A stretch of 64,000 bases of DNA from Lama guanicoe (GCA_013239625.1 MU053482.1:4725775-4789774); one strand, 5' to 3'; positions 37,758 through 49,770 are shown, counted from the first letter of the stretch. Made by a program: numbers and translations. Notes: generated by a model from the letters alone, not told the origin.

Positions 37758-38248
37758 TGTGATGGTTAATTTTATGGGTCAACTTGACTGGGTCACAGGG
37801 TGCCAGCATATCTGGTTAAACATTATTTCTGAGAATGTCTGTAAGGATGTTTCCAGATGAGATTAACTTTTGAATCGGTAGACTGAGTGAAGCAGATGGC
37901 CCTTCCCAGTGTGGGTGGGCACCACCCAATCCGCTAAAGGCCTCGATGGAACAAAAAGACAGGAGAATTCACTTTCTCAGCCTAATGGCTTAAGCTGGAA
38001 CCTCAGTCTTTTCCGGCCCTTAGACTGGGACTCACATCATTGGCTCCCCTGGTTTTCACTCCTTTAAACTCCGTAAGGAACTACACCACTGGCTTTCTTG
38101 GGTCTCCAGCATGCAGACAGCAGATCGTGGGACTTCGCCTCCAGAACAAATGAGCGAACTTCTCATAATCAATCTGTCTATGTCTTTATCTACATCTATA
38201 TCTCATCTCCTACTGGTTCTGCTTCTCTGGAGAACCCTGACTAATACA
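37758..38248 (+). mobile_element. MLT2 (B/D-like) ERVL solo LTR inserted in a MIR
   Basis: tgtgatggttaattttatgggtcaacttgactggg...ttctctggagaaccctgactaataca; perfect 5-bp TSD ccaag at 37753-37757 and 38249-38253; MIR text on both sides. Confidence 0.95.
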
Positions 38249-38379
38249 CCAAGTGTAAAATTGGCTTACCCATCTCAGCCCGTAATTCTCAGAAGTAATC
38301 CTGTATGGATGATGTGAAGATTAATCAGGTAACACGGGCCCAATGTAGGCCCATGGAAGAAGCAGTTTTATTTGCCTAT

Positions 38380-38575
38380 TGTATCGTGAGGGTTGGATCA
38401 GAGAAGCAGGACTTTACTGTGATATGGAATAAGGAATGTTTATAGGGAGTAGTGTTCACACAGTTGTGGAAGCTGTTGAAGAGGTCTGGGAAAGCTGTTG
38501 CCTCGGTGTCTACTTGGAGCCTGAAGTTGTGTCGGTTAGCAGAGTTGGCAGATGAGAAGAAAATGTGGATTTGGA
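38380..38575 (-). mobile_element. MLT2F-like LTR fragment
   Basis: tgtatcgtgagggttggatcagagaagcagg...cacacagttgtggaagctg...ggagcctgaagttg. Confidence 0.6.
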
Positions 38576-40929
38576 GAGAGAGAAATCAAGGGTTTTGTGC
38601 TATTATTTAGTCTCCTGTGTCTCTGAGGACTAGAATCATGCCCTTGGATTTCACAGTTGGCTTTAAGTATGTGTGTGTATACCTCTACCTCTGCCCTTTC
38701 CATCTCTTAGGCTCTTTGGCGCTGGGGCCAGACCACTCGTGACCCTGTGTCTCTTCCCCTCTCCTCTGCACATCTGTTCTGTTTGCTCCGGTTGTCATGT
38801 CACCTCCTGCCTGTGGACCTTTGCATCATTGCAGCCAAATGCACACATTCCCCGAAGTGCTGCGGTGGCTCTGAGGGCATTGTTGATTTTGACAGGTGCC
38901 ATTTCTTCTCCAAACTGTCTCTGGAAGATCCACTGAACGTGTGGTAGGCCTGATGAGTTTCTAATGACCTTGAAAACTTGTCTATGACTCAACCATGAAA
39001 AATAGTGCATTCTGAGGCCTATCAGGATGATAAGGGGCTGGAACAAGTCCCCCGCAATCTTCCTTCTTGCACACTCCTGAGTCCGCTTAAGGGAGGTACA
39101 AACGTTTCCACTTCCTGGCGTAGAAAGCCCTTCTCCAAAAATAGCGTCCAAAGTAGACTGGGGCCAATCAGCCTTTTCTCATCATTTAACAAGGTCACCA
39201 GATTCTGTATAGATACCAGTCTTCCTCTTCCTTCTGAAATTCCAAAGCCCTTTAATAGTGTCTTGAGGAGGAGGCTGGTGAGACACACTCACTTTTTCAC
39301 CCCTTCCTGGAACATCTACACATAAGGAGGGGGTCTGAGGGCACAGACCATTTTTCATTTGCAGGAGGAGGCACAGGTGGTAACTCTGTTCCCTGTCATT
39401 CAAACTCAGTGAGATGCACCCTGGAGTCCCTGCAGAAAATCTCCACATGGGGGATCCACTTAGTTCAACTCTGACTTCTCTTCCAGCCAACTGCTGGGCT
39501 GGAAATACAAAGAAGCCAGGCCTGACACCCCTGCAGCCTCCCGGAATACCACCAGGTGGATGGCCCAGGATGATGGAGATCATCACCTGGAGTTCTTTCA
39601 GAAGAGGCATGCATGGTGCTGTTGAGACCCATTGCTTCCAGTCTGAGATGTAGATATTTTTAGGGATGAATCTGGGCCTTCCTTCTCTCCCTCCCTCTGA
39701 TGCTAATGTGGCCATCTGCATCTCCCAGACAACCTTCACAGGCACACATTCACCACCCCAGAAGAGTGGGCTGGGGAGAGATAGTTATTAAATATAGACT
39801 ACTGAGCCGTGGCGCAAGGAGGCTGAGTTTGCCTGACGTGCTCAGAGTGAAGCAGGGGTGTTGGAGACCTGGAACCCACTTCTGTACTCTGTGACTTTCT
39901 GTGCCTTCTCTTCTCTGAGGCTCCATTAATTTTTAAAATTTCTTTTATCTGTTCAGTGAGGGGTTTAGGTAATATTTCCTTTAAGTGCACTCAAACATAT
40001 CATGATTTATTTTTGAAGGTCTTAGTTGTATAAACCCACAGACACAGCCAGAGTTCAGCAGGATATCTGATGGTTACTACTTTGTCCAGGGCAGTGGCAG
40101 TTGTGATCTTCTGTCCTCATTCTTTTCCACCTCCCAGGGAGATGGCCAGCAAGGGTGACTTGTACGTGGTGGCAAAGTGCTGAGACCACAGGTTCAAGAG
40201 TTCTCAACGTTTATCTCCCTTCCTGCAGTCAGCCTCCACCAGCTCTCAGCTTGCCCTCCATCCAAGGAAAAGCTCACTCATCAGCCCTCAGACCCATCTA
40301 GTGGGGGTATTTCTTACTTGGGAGTAGTGTTGGGGAGAGGAGGCAGAGGTCCTAGGAACACACTGATAAGTTTTAGTTTTTGAGTTGCTAGAATTTCTAT
40401 GCTGAGTAGTGCTATCTCTGTAGGACTTGGTGGGCCCACAGTGTTCCTGAAGTAGTGTTAAATTTGTTTAATTTGGAGAACATGTGCTGTAGATAGGTGA
40501 TGGTAATTATAAAAAATGAAGGTGATAAAGAATACAGCTCCCGTGGCACTGTGTACTTCTGATTATTTATCAGCTGAATAACGTTACATGAATTCAAGTA
40601 CCACATCCAGCTCACAGTAGCATCTGTGAAATGAATGAGGCTCTGTCTCCACCTCCATCCCTAGCATGGGAGTCTCAGGCCCAGGCCACAGGCAAGAGGC
40701 CTGTGTCCAGTGAGAACTTGGGCTAGGGGCAGAGGTAATGCTGTTTCCTATATGTCACTCTATAAATAAGGCAAGACCATGCTGGTCTTATCTCTTGTCC
40801 CTGACTGTGCCCAGGCCTGAGCTCAACAGAAGGTTTGGATGGACTAGGATGGATCAGGCCCCAGAGCAGTTCCTTCAGGCATACACCTGGCTTGTGAGGT
40901 ATTCTAGAGGTATGAGCAGAGCTGCAGAG

Positions 40930-41160
40930 GCCCCAGTGCACAGTGGTGAGGCATGTAGATTCTGGAACCCAGAATCAAATCTAGGCTCTGAAACTTACTA
41001 GCCATATGACCTTGACAAGTTTCTTTACCTCTCTGAGCCTCAGTTTCCACATCTGTAAACAGGGATGATAATAAAAATGCATACCTTACAGAGCCATTGT
41101 CAGAATTAAATGAGGTAATGTACCTAGAAGACACTCCACCAACTGGCATCATATGTAGAG
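40930..41160 (+). mobile_element. MIR SINE
   Basis: acttactagccatatgaccttgacaagtttctttacctctctgagcctcagtttccacatctgtaaa. Confidence 0.9.
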
Positions 41161-42039
41161 TTCCATCAGAGTGGAGAGTTGCCCCTCTGAGAATCAATGC
41201 CAACTGAGTGTTGCAAACTGAGCAGGGACAGCTTTTGCTGAAAGTTCATCTGCAGGAAGTTGACTGCACTCTGAAGATGCTGAAGATGCTAACCAAGTAG
41301 GACAATCCCTGGGAAAACCCAAAAGGCCTCAAATAGGATCACATGGTAAGGAGTATGGAAAAAATAAGCCCATGATAGGGGCAAACTGCTCTGTTTGTAC
41401 TTGCCTGACAAGGGAACTTAGTCTCTCCAGAAGGTAGTCTGGTTCTGTGGAAATTCCAGCAGCCTGGAGCTACAATACTGTTTTCTCACTGCCCGAGCCT
41501 GCCTGTTCTCCTCCCCCTGGGTCAGCTCTGTTTCAAGAACATTTATATTGGGCCAAGCCCATGATAGGCCCCTGGGCCCCAGAGGTAAGTAAGACGTGGC
41601 TCCTGCCCATAGGATCCTTGTTTCATGTTCACTGCTGCCAGGGAAGTTTGCCCAAGGTGTTTACAGTATTTGCAGTTTACAAAGCTGCTTCATACCCCTC
41701 ACACTGTTCACGCTGTGTTTTCTATGACTGGTGCTCCCTGGAGCGGTGCAGAGAGAAGAGATTAAGGTAGCCAAGAAAAGAGTACTTCGGTGATTTGAGT
41801 TAAGTAACAGGTGGCCTGCACCACCGCCCCTCTTCCCACTAGTCCAGGTAAGGAGAAGGGCTTTATCAGCTAGCAGGGGCAATCTGAAGCCAAGGGTGGT
41901 CAAGGAGCAAAGCAAGAGGGAGGTCCACTGAAGGTGATAAGCTGCTCCCCTAAGTCCAAAGGGCGACCCCGAGGCTTGCTTTCCAGCTGCCTAGGCCAAG
42001 GAGTAGGTGGCCCATCCCTCTGCTCTCCCTTGATATTTG

Positions 42040-43110
42040 GATCCCTGCACCCGGGTTTTCACGTAGCAGCAGCACCACGCCCCGCCCCCATCGGCCCTCT
42101 GCTGGTCTCAGACCTGCGCTGGTCTGGGTGGGAGCGCCCGGCTGCTTTCTACCCTCCGGCCGGGCTACAGCCCACGTGCGCCCACAGCAGCCGCGGTGAC
42201 AGCTGGCCTCACAGAGGCGGGGCGTGAGGGGAGCGGGGGTGGGCTCCGTGCCGCGCTGCCATTGGCCACGGGCCTCGGGCCGTGGGCGGGGCTGCGCCCC
42301 CGGCTGCCCTGTCATTGGCCTCGCCGCCGAAGGGGGCGGATCCCCGTCCTGTTGGCCGCGCGGCGCAGAACTGCAGGCGCTCGCCCGGCTAAGCCTGCGC
42401 GGGGCCGCCTAGCTCGCTCTCAGGTACGCAGGCGGTCTCCGGGTGCCGACCGCTGCGCCCGCGGCCCGTGGCGAAGGCAGGAGCTGACCCGAGGCTCGGC
42501 TGTCGGCGCGGCTCTCGGTAAGGCGGGGTGGGTAGGGGAGAGAGGGACTCCGGGGAGGGCGGGCAGGGATTGTGGCAGCCGAGCCTGGACTCTGCGCCCC
42601 GGCCGGCGCCTGAGAGGGTCAGGTGCGGCCGCAGCATCTCCTGCCTGAGAACCAGCCCGCGGGGCGCCCAGCGAGCAGGTGGCGCTGCCTAGGGAGGCCG
42701 GGGCTGCCCAGATAGGGCTCTGAATCGATTAGAACGCGGTACCTCGAAGTATCTCTTACTCTGCCTCCCAACACACAATTCTAAACCTAGAAAATACCCA
42801 AACATCCACACGGAGTGGGCGCGACGCGCCAGCAGTACCGCCTGCCAACCAGGGCAGAAGATCACCCCCAAACTTACCTTCTCACGATCTGGGCTCCGCG
42901 CGGGTCACTTTCTTTCCCGGCTTTTCGCTAACCCCCAACCCCCACCCCCGCCCCGTTCCCCTGCCTCCTTAACAACAGGAAGTTAAGTTGGGCCAAATGT
43001 CGGTGGCCTGGCCGCCTGCGGGCTGGTACTGGGTCTGGGGCAGTGGCGGTGGCTCAAGGGGCCAAGGCTCTGTCCTTTCTGAGCCTCCCGCCCCTAGCAG
43101 CCCGCACTCA
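42040..43110. promoter_or_regulatory. CpG island promoter
   Basis: Very high GC and dense CpG against a CpG-depleted background; GC boxes (ccccgccccc ~42080, gggcgggg ~42284, ccccgcccc ~42946); inverted CCAAT boxes (attgg at 42261 and ~42314); CACGTG at 42173-42178; no TATA box. Confidence 0.92.
42340..42423 (+). other. Probable non-coding first exon of an unidentified gene; start approximate
   Basis: Lies just downstream of the CCAAT/GC boxes and ends at donor CAG|GTACGC (42423/42424); no ATG; an alternative donor TCG|GTAAGG lies at 42517/42518. Confidence 0.5.
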
Positions 43111-43689
43111 CCCCAAGCTCTGGAGCATCCCTGCCTGGGTGTCTGAGGCTCCTGCCGTGTGGTTGCCGACTGGCCCGGGTAGAAGTGCCTCTGACTTGGC
43201 TTTCAGGCCGGGGCAGGTGGGGTTAACTTTATCCTAGGGCAGCCACTCCACAGAGCTGGGAACAGCCTTTGCTGGATGGGGAGGAGGCGTGTTGAAACCA
43301 GAGTAAACGTGTGTCTCCTTCTACATTGTTTTTTCTAAAGCCTGGGCTCTTAAAGCCCAAAGAGCTTTTATTTGGAGGTGCGTAAGGCCCTGCTGGAACC
43401 TTATGCTGTCAGTCTTGCCTGCACAATACAGTTGGCAGTGGTTTCAGTGAAGGGTGAAGTCACTAACCAGCCCCCTTCTGGGCAGGCTTTGTGGGAAAAA
43501 AGCCAGCAGCCTGTTGGCCCTCAGACGTTTGCCTGCCTGGGTGCCCTGGCACCCGGGCCCGGGGGCCAGCTCTATTCCTGTCTCCTTCCCAGGAGAAGTG
43601 GACCCAAGTGGGCCTCACGTACCCCAGGCAGCCCCACCCGATGTTATGGAGGTTCTTATTGCAGTAAGAACTCGCTTTCTGGCAGAGAA

Positions 43690-43910
43690 GACTGATTTAA
43701 GTGTCTACTGAGGGACAGGTTCTACCCAGAGGCACTTTTGCAGCCAATATCACGGTAACTCTCCACAAACTTTGTTTTGTCCTCTTCATTTTAGAGATGG
43801 GGAAACACACTTAGGTGGGGTAAGTGCCCAAGGTCACATAGAAAGTGGCTGAGCCAGGATTTGAACCAGTCTCTGCCAGAGCTAAGCCCTGTATTCTTCC
43901 TGCTGCCCCA
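43690..43910 (-). mobile_element. MIR SINE
   Basis: cattttagagatggggaaacac...gcccaaggtcacatag...gtggctgagccaggatttgaacc. Confidence 0.8.
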
Positions 43911-44879
43911 TGGCTGTGGAAAGTGGTGTGCTATGTTGCAGGCTCATGGCCCCACAGTGTGCCCAGTGGAGGCTCCTGGCCTCTGAAAAGTTTCTATCCA
44001 AAGATTATGGGGATGCTTCTTGAGCAAAGCACTTGAACCGACCCAGATTAGCCCAAGTAGTTCAACCTGCAGACCCGTTGCCCACCTTGTCCTCCATCAA
44101 GGGTGATGGCAGGTGTTGGCCATGTTGTGATGAGTGATTGACTGTTGGTGTTTCAGTGCTATTTGAGGGGGAAGCCTGCCTCTGCCGTAGACTCGATCCT
44201 ACCTCTGAGAGTTGGCTTCTCCATGGTCTAGGAGGACTGTTAGCTGAAATAGCCTACCTTAGGACTGGTTCTAGTTTTGTTTTTTGAGGGGCGGGCAGGT
44301 ATTGAGGTATACTAGCTATGGTTTTAAGGTGATTGAGGTCGATAGTTTGAGAGTACATTTATGAAAAAGGAAATCACTGCTTTCTTCCTCCTTCAGGCCC
44401 AGGGCTCTGTCTTTCCCCTCATCCTTCTCTTCTAAAAGAAAATCATGATTGGCCTAATACAGACCAGTTACATTTTAGTATAAATCAGTGTAAAGACTAA
44501 GGCTGGTTGTAGCTGGCTCATTGGAGGCTTAGTCCCAGGAGCTTCAAGAAGAAAAGGGACACCTCAGTAATCCCTGTCTGCCTAAGACTGGGATGTGTGT
44601 CTATTCCCTCCGCCTATGTCTACACCTCCATCTGGTGTGCCTCCCAGTTATGGGACTGCCCCTTTCACTCCCTGCTACGGGAGGGTAGAGGTCCTGCCTT
44701 CTTAGGGGAGAGCCTTAACTCTCCAGAGAAGGGTTGGGTATGGGTGCGAGAAGATTTGTTTGGGCTGAACATTGCCAATTTTTTAAGGCCTTCCCAGGGC
44801 GAGAGGATCTCTGTTGTTTAGAGAGCCAGTAAAGGGAACACTTCATCATCCTGGGACTTTTCATTCTGTATATCACTTG

Positions 44880-45020
44880 ATTTCCATATTAGCCCTCTGA
44901 AGAAATAGATGGGGTTTTTCCCATTTTACTGATGAGGAAACTGAAGCTTGGAAAGATTAAAATTTACCCCCCGTCACACAGCTAGTGGGTGACCAAACTA
45001 GGATTCCGGCCTCAGTCTGC
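44880..45020 (-). mobile_element. MIR SINE
   Basis: cccattttactgatgaggaaactgaagct...gtcacacagctagt. Confidence 0.8.
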
Positions 45021-45259
45021 AAGAGTGAGGTCTGTGTGGTGAATTAAACACTAAGGAAAGCAGGAAAAACCATATGGCCATCCTCCGAACTCTGGAGGGT
45101 TGGTGTGTGCAGTCCCCTGCTGTGTGCAGCCCCCCATCCTGCCCCCCTGTGCTGACATTTCCCCACCTTACATTATAATTATTTGTGAACTTTATCTCCT
45201 TTGCTTTTTATACTAGTCTCCATTAGGTTATCTGCCATGATGTATGGCAGTCCTCTGTT

Positions 45260-45660
45260 TTAAAATGTCATGAACATTTTCAAACACAAACATAGAATAA
45301 TATAATGAGCCCCAAATACTCATTATCTAGCTTCAAGAACCAAGATCATGCCAGGCAGGCGTCATCTCTCTCTCTCTCTTTCTCTCTTTTCTTCCCTTCT
45401 ATTTTCAATTCCTGAATATTTTAAAGCAAATCTCTGATAGCATGTCATTTTGCCCCTGTATCATCCAGCATATTTCTGTTTTAAAAAGAACATTCTTTTA
45501 TGGCCACATTGCCATTATTGCATGTAACGGAATTAACAGTAATTCTTGGCTCTCATCTCTACATTTTCATATTTCCTTGATTGTCTCAGAAGTGACCATT
45601 GTTGGTTTGTTCAAATCAGGATTCAAAGTCTGTATGCTGCATTTGGTTGTTAGTCCTCTT
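45260..45660 (-). mobile_element. Old L1 (L1MC/ME-like) 3' fragment
   Basis: aacattttcaaacac...agaataatataatgagccc...attttaaagcaaatc...gttggtttgttcaaatcaggattca...gcatttggttg. Confidence 0.7.
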
Positions 45661-48600
45661 ATGCCTACTTTAATCTGGGGCACCCCCCCTCCTCCCCACT
45701 CCTGCTTTTAAACTGCTGTTACCCTCTGTTTTGAGCCCCCCACTGGACAGCGAACACTTTGATGCTGGAGTCCGCTTCTGTGCTCTGTGGGATCACCAGT
45801 GCCATGTCTGGGACAGGGCAGAAGTGCGGTGAGCGCCTGTCCAATGGTGGTGTAGCCACTCAGGAAATGCATTTTGAATGAATGGACCCTGTCGTGGGTT
45901 TGTGTGACTGCTCGTGCCTGTGTTTAGATAAGAGGTTTTAAAAAAAGATGACTTGCTCACGTGTGGATGTTTCCTCAGCGAGCGTCAGCCTGTAAACATC
46001 CTGAAATAATAGGAGAACTATTTGCTGTGCTCCCTGGCGCTCTGGTTTGCGGTGGGGAGCCCAGGCGGCCGCCGCCGTGGAGCCCTGATCAGCAGCTGGC
46101 CTCCCCAGATCACATGTGGGGCTGACAGGGAGTGAGGTCATTTCTGCCCGAGCTCTGGATCCCAATTTATTCAGCTGCAGGAATTACCACGTTAGGAGCC
46201 AGACACTTGGCATTGGGCTGCCCAGAGGATGCTGCCCACCTCTCTCTGGGCAGTGCAAGATTCTTGCCTTGTGCCTTCAGGAGCCTTCTCTAACTGGCTC
46301 CACACCTAGTGAGGTGTGGGCTTTTTCTCAAATCATTATTTGTGTGCAACTGACAGATTGTGACAGAGAACAAACACTGATGACCTTTTGGTGTCTGGTC
46401 TGAATTTACGGTGAAGAGATAGTATCACCATTGGCACCTTTGTGGGCATCCTAATGAAGGAGACCAGAGGCTCAGAAGGGACGAGACAGTTGTGTTCACT
46501 TCCCTGGATAAGGTGCTTCACACCTGGATTCCTTGTCAGATCTCCCTAAGGTGCTGGTTACTCTGATAGCTGCCTTCTGACCCACCCAGCAAAGATCCTT
46601 CTCTGCAAAGAGGCCCCAGATGAGGAGGGTTTTTTCTTTTCCTCCTCCTCCTTCTTAAACATAAACAGTCTTTTCCACTAGGCATAAATATAAGAAAATG
46701 TTGTCTTTCTCTCTGCATGGCAGGGATAGAGTTAATTTTTCCCTTCTATCTTTTATTTCTCAGTATTTTTCTAAAATTTTTACAATAAAAATATTTTATT
46801 TTTCTAATGGAAAATCCAGATATTTGGGATTTTTTTTTCCTTTTAAAAAAAGAGAACTTACTTCAACCAAATCGGATGGGTAGACAAAATTATACATGCA
46901 TTTGGTACAGCTTTATGTGTATCTAGGTCACAGAGCCACTGGGATTTTGATATTTGCTTTATTTGTTTTATGACATTCTTTTAAGGAACATACCTGGATG
47001 TTTTAAAAGAAAGCAAAGAAAGCTGGGCTTAGGAGATGGGAGGCTATGAAGCCCATGTGGCCTCACCCCTTCTCCCACTCTGTCACCTCCCTTTCCTTCC
47101 TGAGAATTTCATTTTGGTTTCCCCAGAATGAAATTGCTCTAATGTTAGGCTCTTGATTTTGACTTTTTCATTCCAGGAGGTTGAGTTATCAGAGGAAGAC
47201 AGAACAACATAGTGTGTTAAGAAAAAGCAGGCAGGGCAAATCTTCTGGCCCTGATGGCCTGTCTTGTCCTCTTGGGAAAGTGTCTGATGGCCAAACACCC
47301 CACTCACCTCACTTTGCAGGGCCCTGGCTCCTCCCTCCACCGTTTTCTGTTTTCCTCCCTACATCTTCCCAGAGTTAGAAAGTCTGGCTGGTTGGTGCTG
47401 ATAAGGCTCCTCCTCTCTCAAGCCCTAATTGTCTGGTCTCAGAAACTCAGAGTTGGTAGGGGTGATGGGGACGTGGGCCCTCTGGTCACAAATCAACTGC
47501 CATTGCAGGGTTGGGTCACAGTGGAGTCTGACTTTTGAGATGCTTCCCTTCTCAGCTGTTGAGGAAGTGTCCATCCATGTGTCCCAGATGAAGGGCGGTT
47601 TGTGAATACCAGGTATGGTATTGTTTCTTAAATGCAGTTGCTCTGTACCCGGTCATGCATCTAAATACTACTGCAGTTTGTCTCAGGAAAATCTGTCTTC
47701 TCCCAGTGGCTGGCAGGGAGTTATGTGTGTGGATGGTGCCGGCTCTTAGGGTTGGGTTTTTTAGTGTGTTCTGTACTTGAACTGGTGTTTCTCTCCCCTG
47801 AGGGTCAGGGTCATCTCCCTGCCCCTCGCCACCCATACCCCACCTCCTCCCAGTGGTGTCCAGATACCTTGCAGCTCTTGTATTCGTTCCAAGGCTTGGT
47901 CAGCTTTCTCTTTGGGGAATACAGAGGTCAAGGCAGGCCTGAGAGCAGGGACTTGTTTCCTCCTGCTTTGGGGCTCAGGTTTTTCCCATTCTTGGGCCAT
48001 GGAGGATGTCTACTGCCGATGTCCTTTCTGCTGGCAGCAAGACAGGATGGCATGGAGTCGGGTGGTGGCCACTGGTCCCTTAGCTGCCACATCAGCAGGT
48101 TTATGGGATGTTTGCAGGCCCCAGCTTTTGACACACCCAGTCCAGAAGCCCAGCCAGAGACTGGAGTGGCAGCCTAAGAACATCTTGTCCTGCACCGTAA
48201 TATCAATGTGTTAAGATGCGGAAACTACTTCTTGGCTCTGGTGACTCTGAATGGCTGGCCTTGCTACTGATCTGACTACTGACAGTGTCTGGTAAAGATT
48301 TGCAGGATCTCAGGGTTTAACCTGTGCCAGAGGCCAGAAGAATGAGGTGTAGGGGAGGATGAAGAAGTGCCTGAGAAGAAAGTCACTCGGACCTTTTGGT
48401 CACTAAGGAGAGCTGCTCCCTGGAACAGGGTAAGCCCAGGGTCTGCTGGGGGGCCTGGCAGCACTGCTGACCCCACTGCTGGACAGCTGTGCATCCTGGG
48501 GGCCCGGGGGGGTCGAGGTATGGCATGTGGAGTTCATGGCTGCCATAAAATCAGGGCACTGATTGCTCCCCACGTCAGGACAGCTGGGCTTTTGCACAAC

Positions 48601-49026
48601 TTGATACAAAGGTGATAAGAGTCAGGAGCTCCCTGCTTGGAGGGGTGAGAAATTTGATAGCTGAAGAAAGGGACAGAATAGAGGAATCAACAGGGGACTT
48701 GGACACCCTTAAGAAGAGTGTTCGGTCTCTTTCCTCAGGGAATGTCCTCTGGGGATTGTGCGACTGGTTGGAGCCTTGGTGACCACGGGGTTCGTGCTAG
48801 GAGAGCTGCTCAGCCAGCTGCCTGGGGTTGCAGCACATTGCTGTTGTGAAGGAAGGAGGAGCCTCTGGATGACGACTTGGCCTTCTAGAGTCCAGGCTTG
48901 CTGCCACCAGGGGACCCAGGGCTTCCTGCTTGGTCCAGGTTGCTGTCTCCAGCTTGGCTGCGTCTGTTGCCTTGGACGCATCTTGGATCCTCTTAAAAAT
49001 GGCCCCCCGAACCCTCCCCCACATGC

Positions 49027-49170
49027 ACAGATGATAGTACTCACCCCTCCATACACACACACACACAGTTGATGATCTTCACTCCCACATACACACACAT
49101 GCAAAGATGCATGGTACTCACCTCCCCCACCACCACACACACACAGAGGATGGTGCTCACCATCCCCCCA
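49027..49170. repeat. Imperfect ~38-40 bp tandem repeat (~4 units) with CA runs
   Basis: Units cagatgatagtactcacccc..., cagttgatgatcttcactccc..., aagatgcatggtactcacctccc..., cagaggatggtgctcaccatccc. Confidence 0.75.
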
Positions 49171-49579
49171 ACATATGTGGGTGCGTGGTAATCTATTTAC
49201 TCAGTACAAAGGGAATTCAATGAAAAGCAAGACTCTTCTTTCCATCCTCTCGTCCTTGGTTCTCTTCCTCTGCGGCATCTGCTGTCCCTGCTCTCCTGTG
49301 GTTCCTTCCAGACAGAGTCTAGGCATGTGTTTGTGCTTATTTTCCCATTTTGTTTCTCTCTGGGCCTGCTTGGAAGCCACCAGGATGGGAAGTGACAGGA
49401 CCCACAGGGCTGCTGAGACTTAGCAGCTACCTGAATTAGCCACAGGTTAACTGTTCCCCTCCATGTGCTTTCTACCTCTCCCCTTTCGGAATCTCCTTGT
49501 ATTAAGGTTTGCGGGTGTCGAGAGTCTGGGCACTGAGAATAAACCTAAGGGTCATGTTCTGGGTGCAGGTGACATAGGC

Positions 49580-49770
49580 AAAGACAAGCAAATGTGCTAA
49601 AACAGACGTGGGTTCAAATCCTAGCCATGTGGCCCTGGGCCAGTCAATGAACCCTAGTATTTCAGTCTGTAAAAAGGAGGTAACCAGACCGATCCCAAGG
49701 AATTGATGTAGAGATGAAATGAAAATATTTGTGAAGTGCCCTGCTTAGGTAGGCACTCAAAAATGTCAGT
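49580..49770 (+). mobile_element. MIR SINE
   Basis: acagacgtgggttcaaatcctagc...tctgtaaaaagg...gtaggcactcaa. Confidence 0.7.

Noticed and set aside
41366..41568. Exact 14-bp direct repeat aagcccatgatagg (41366-41379, 41555-41568) as a TSD
   Set aside because: The intervening 175 bp has no poly(A) tail or terminal repeats and looks like old LINE debris, so this is probably coincidental.
42196..42648. 150-aa Arg/Gly/Ala-rich ORF in the CpG island
   Set aside because: Typical stop-poor GC-rich artefact; it has a GTG start and runs through the splice donors.
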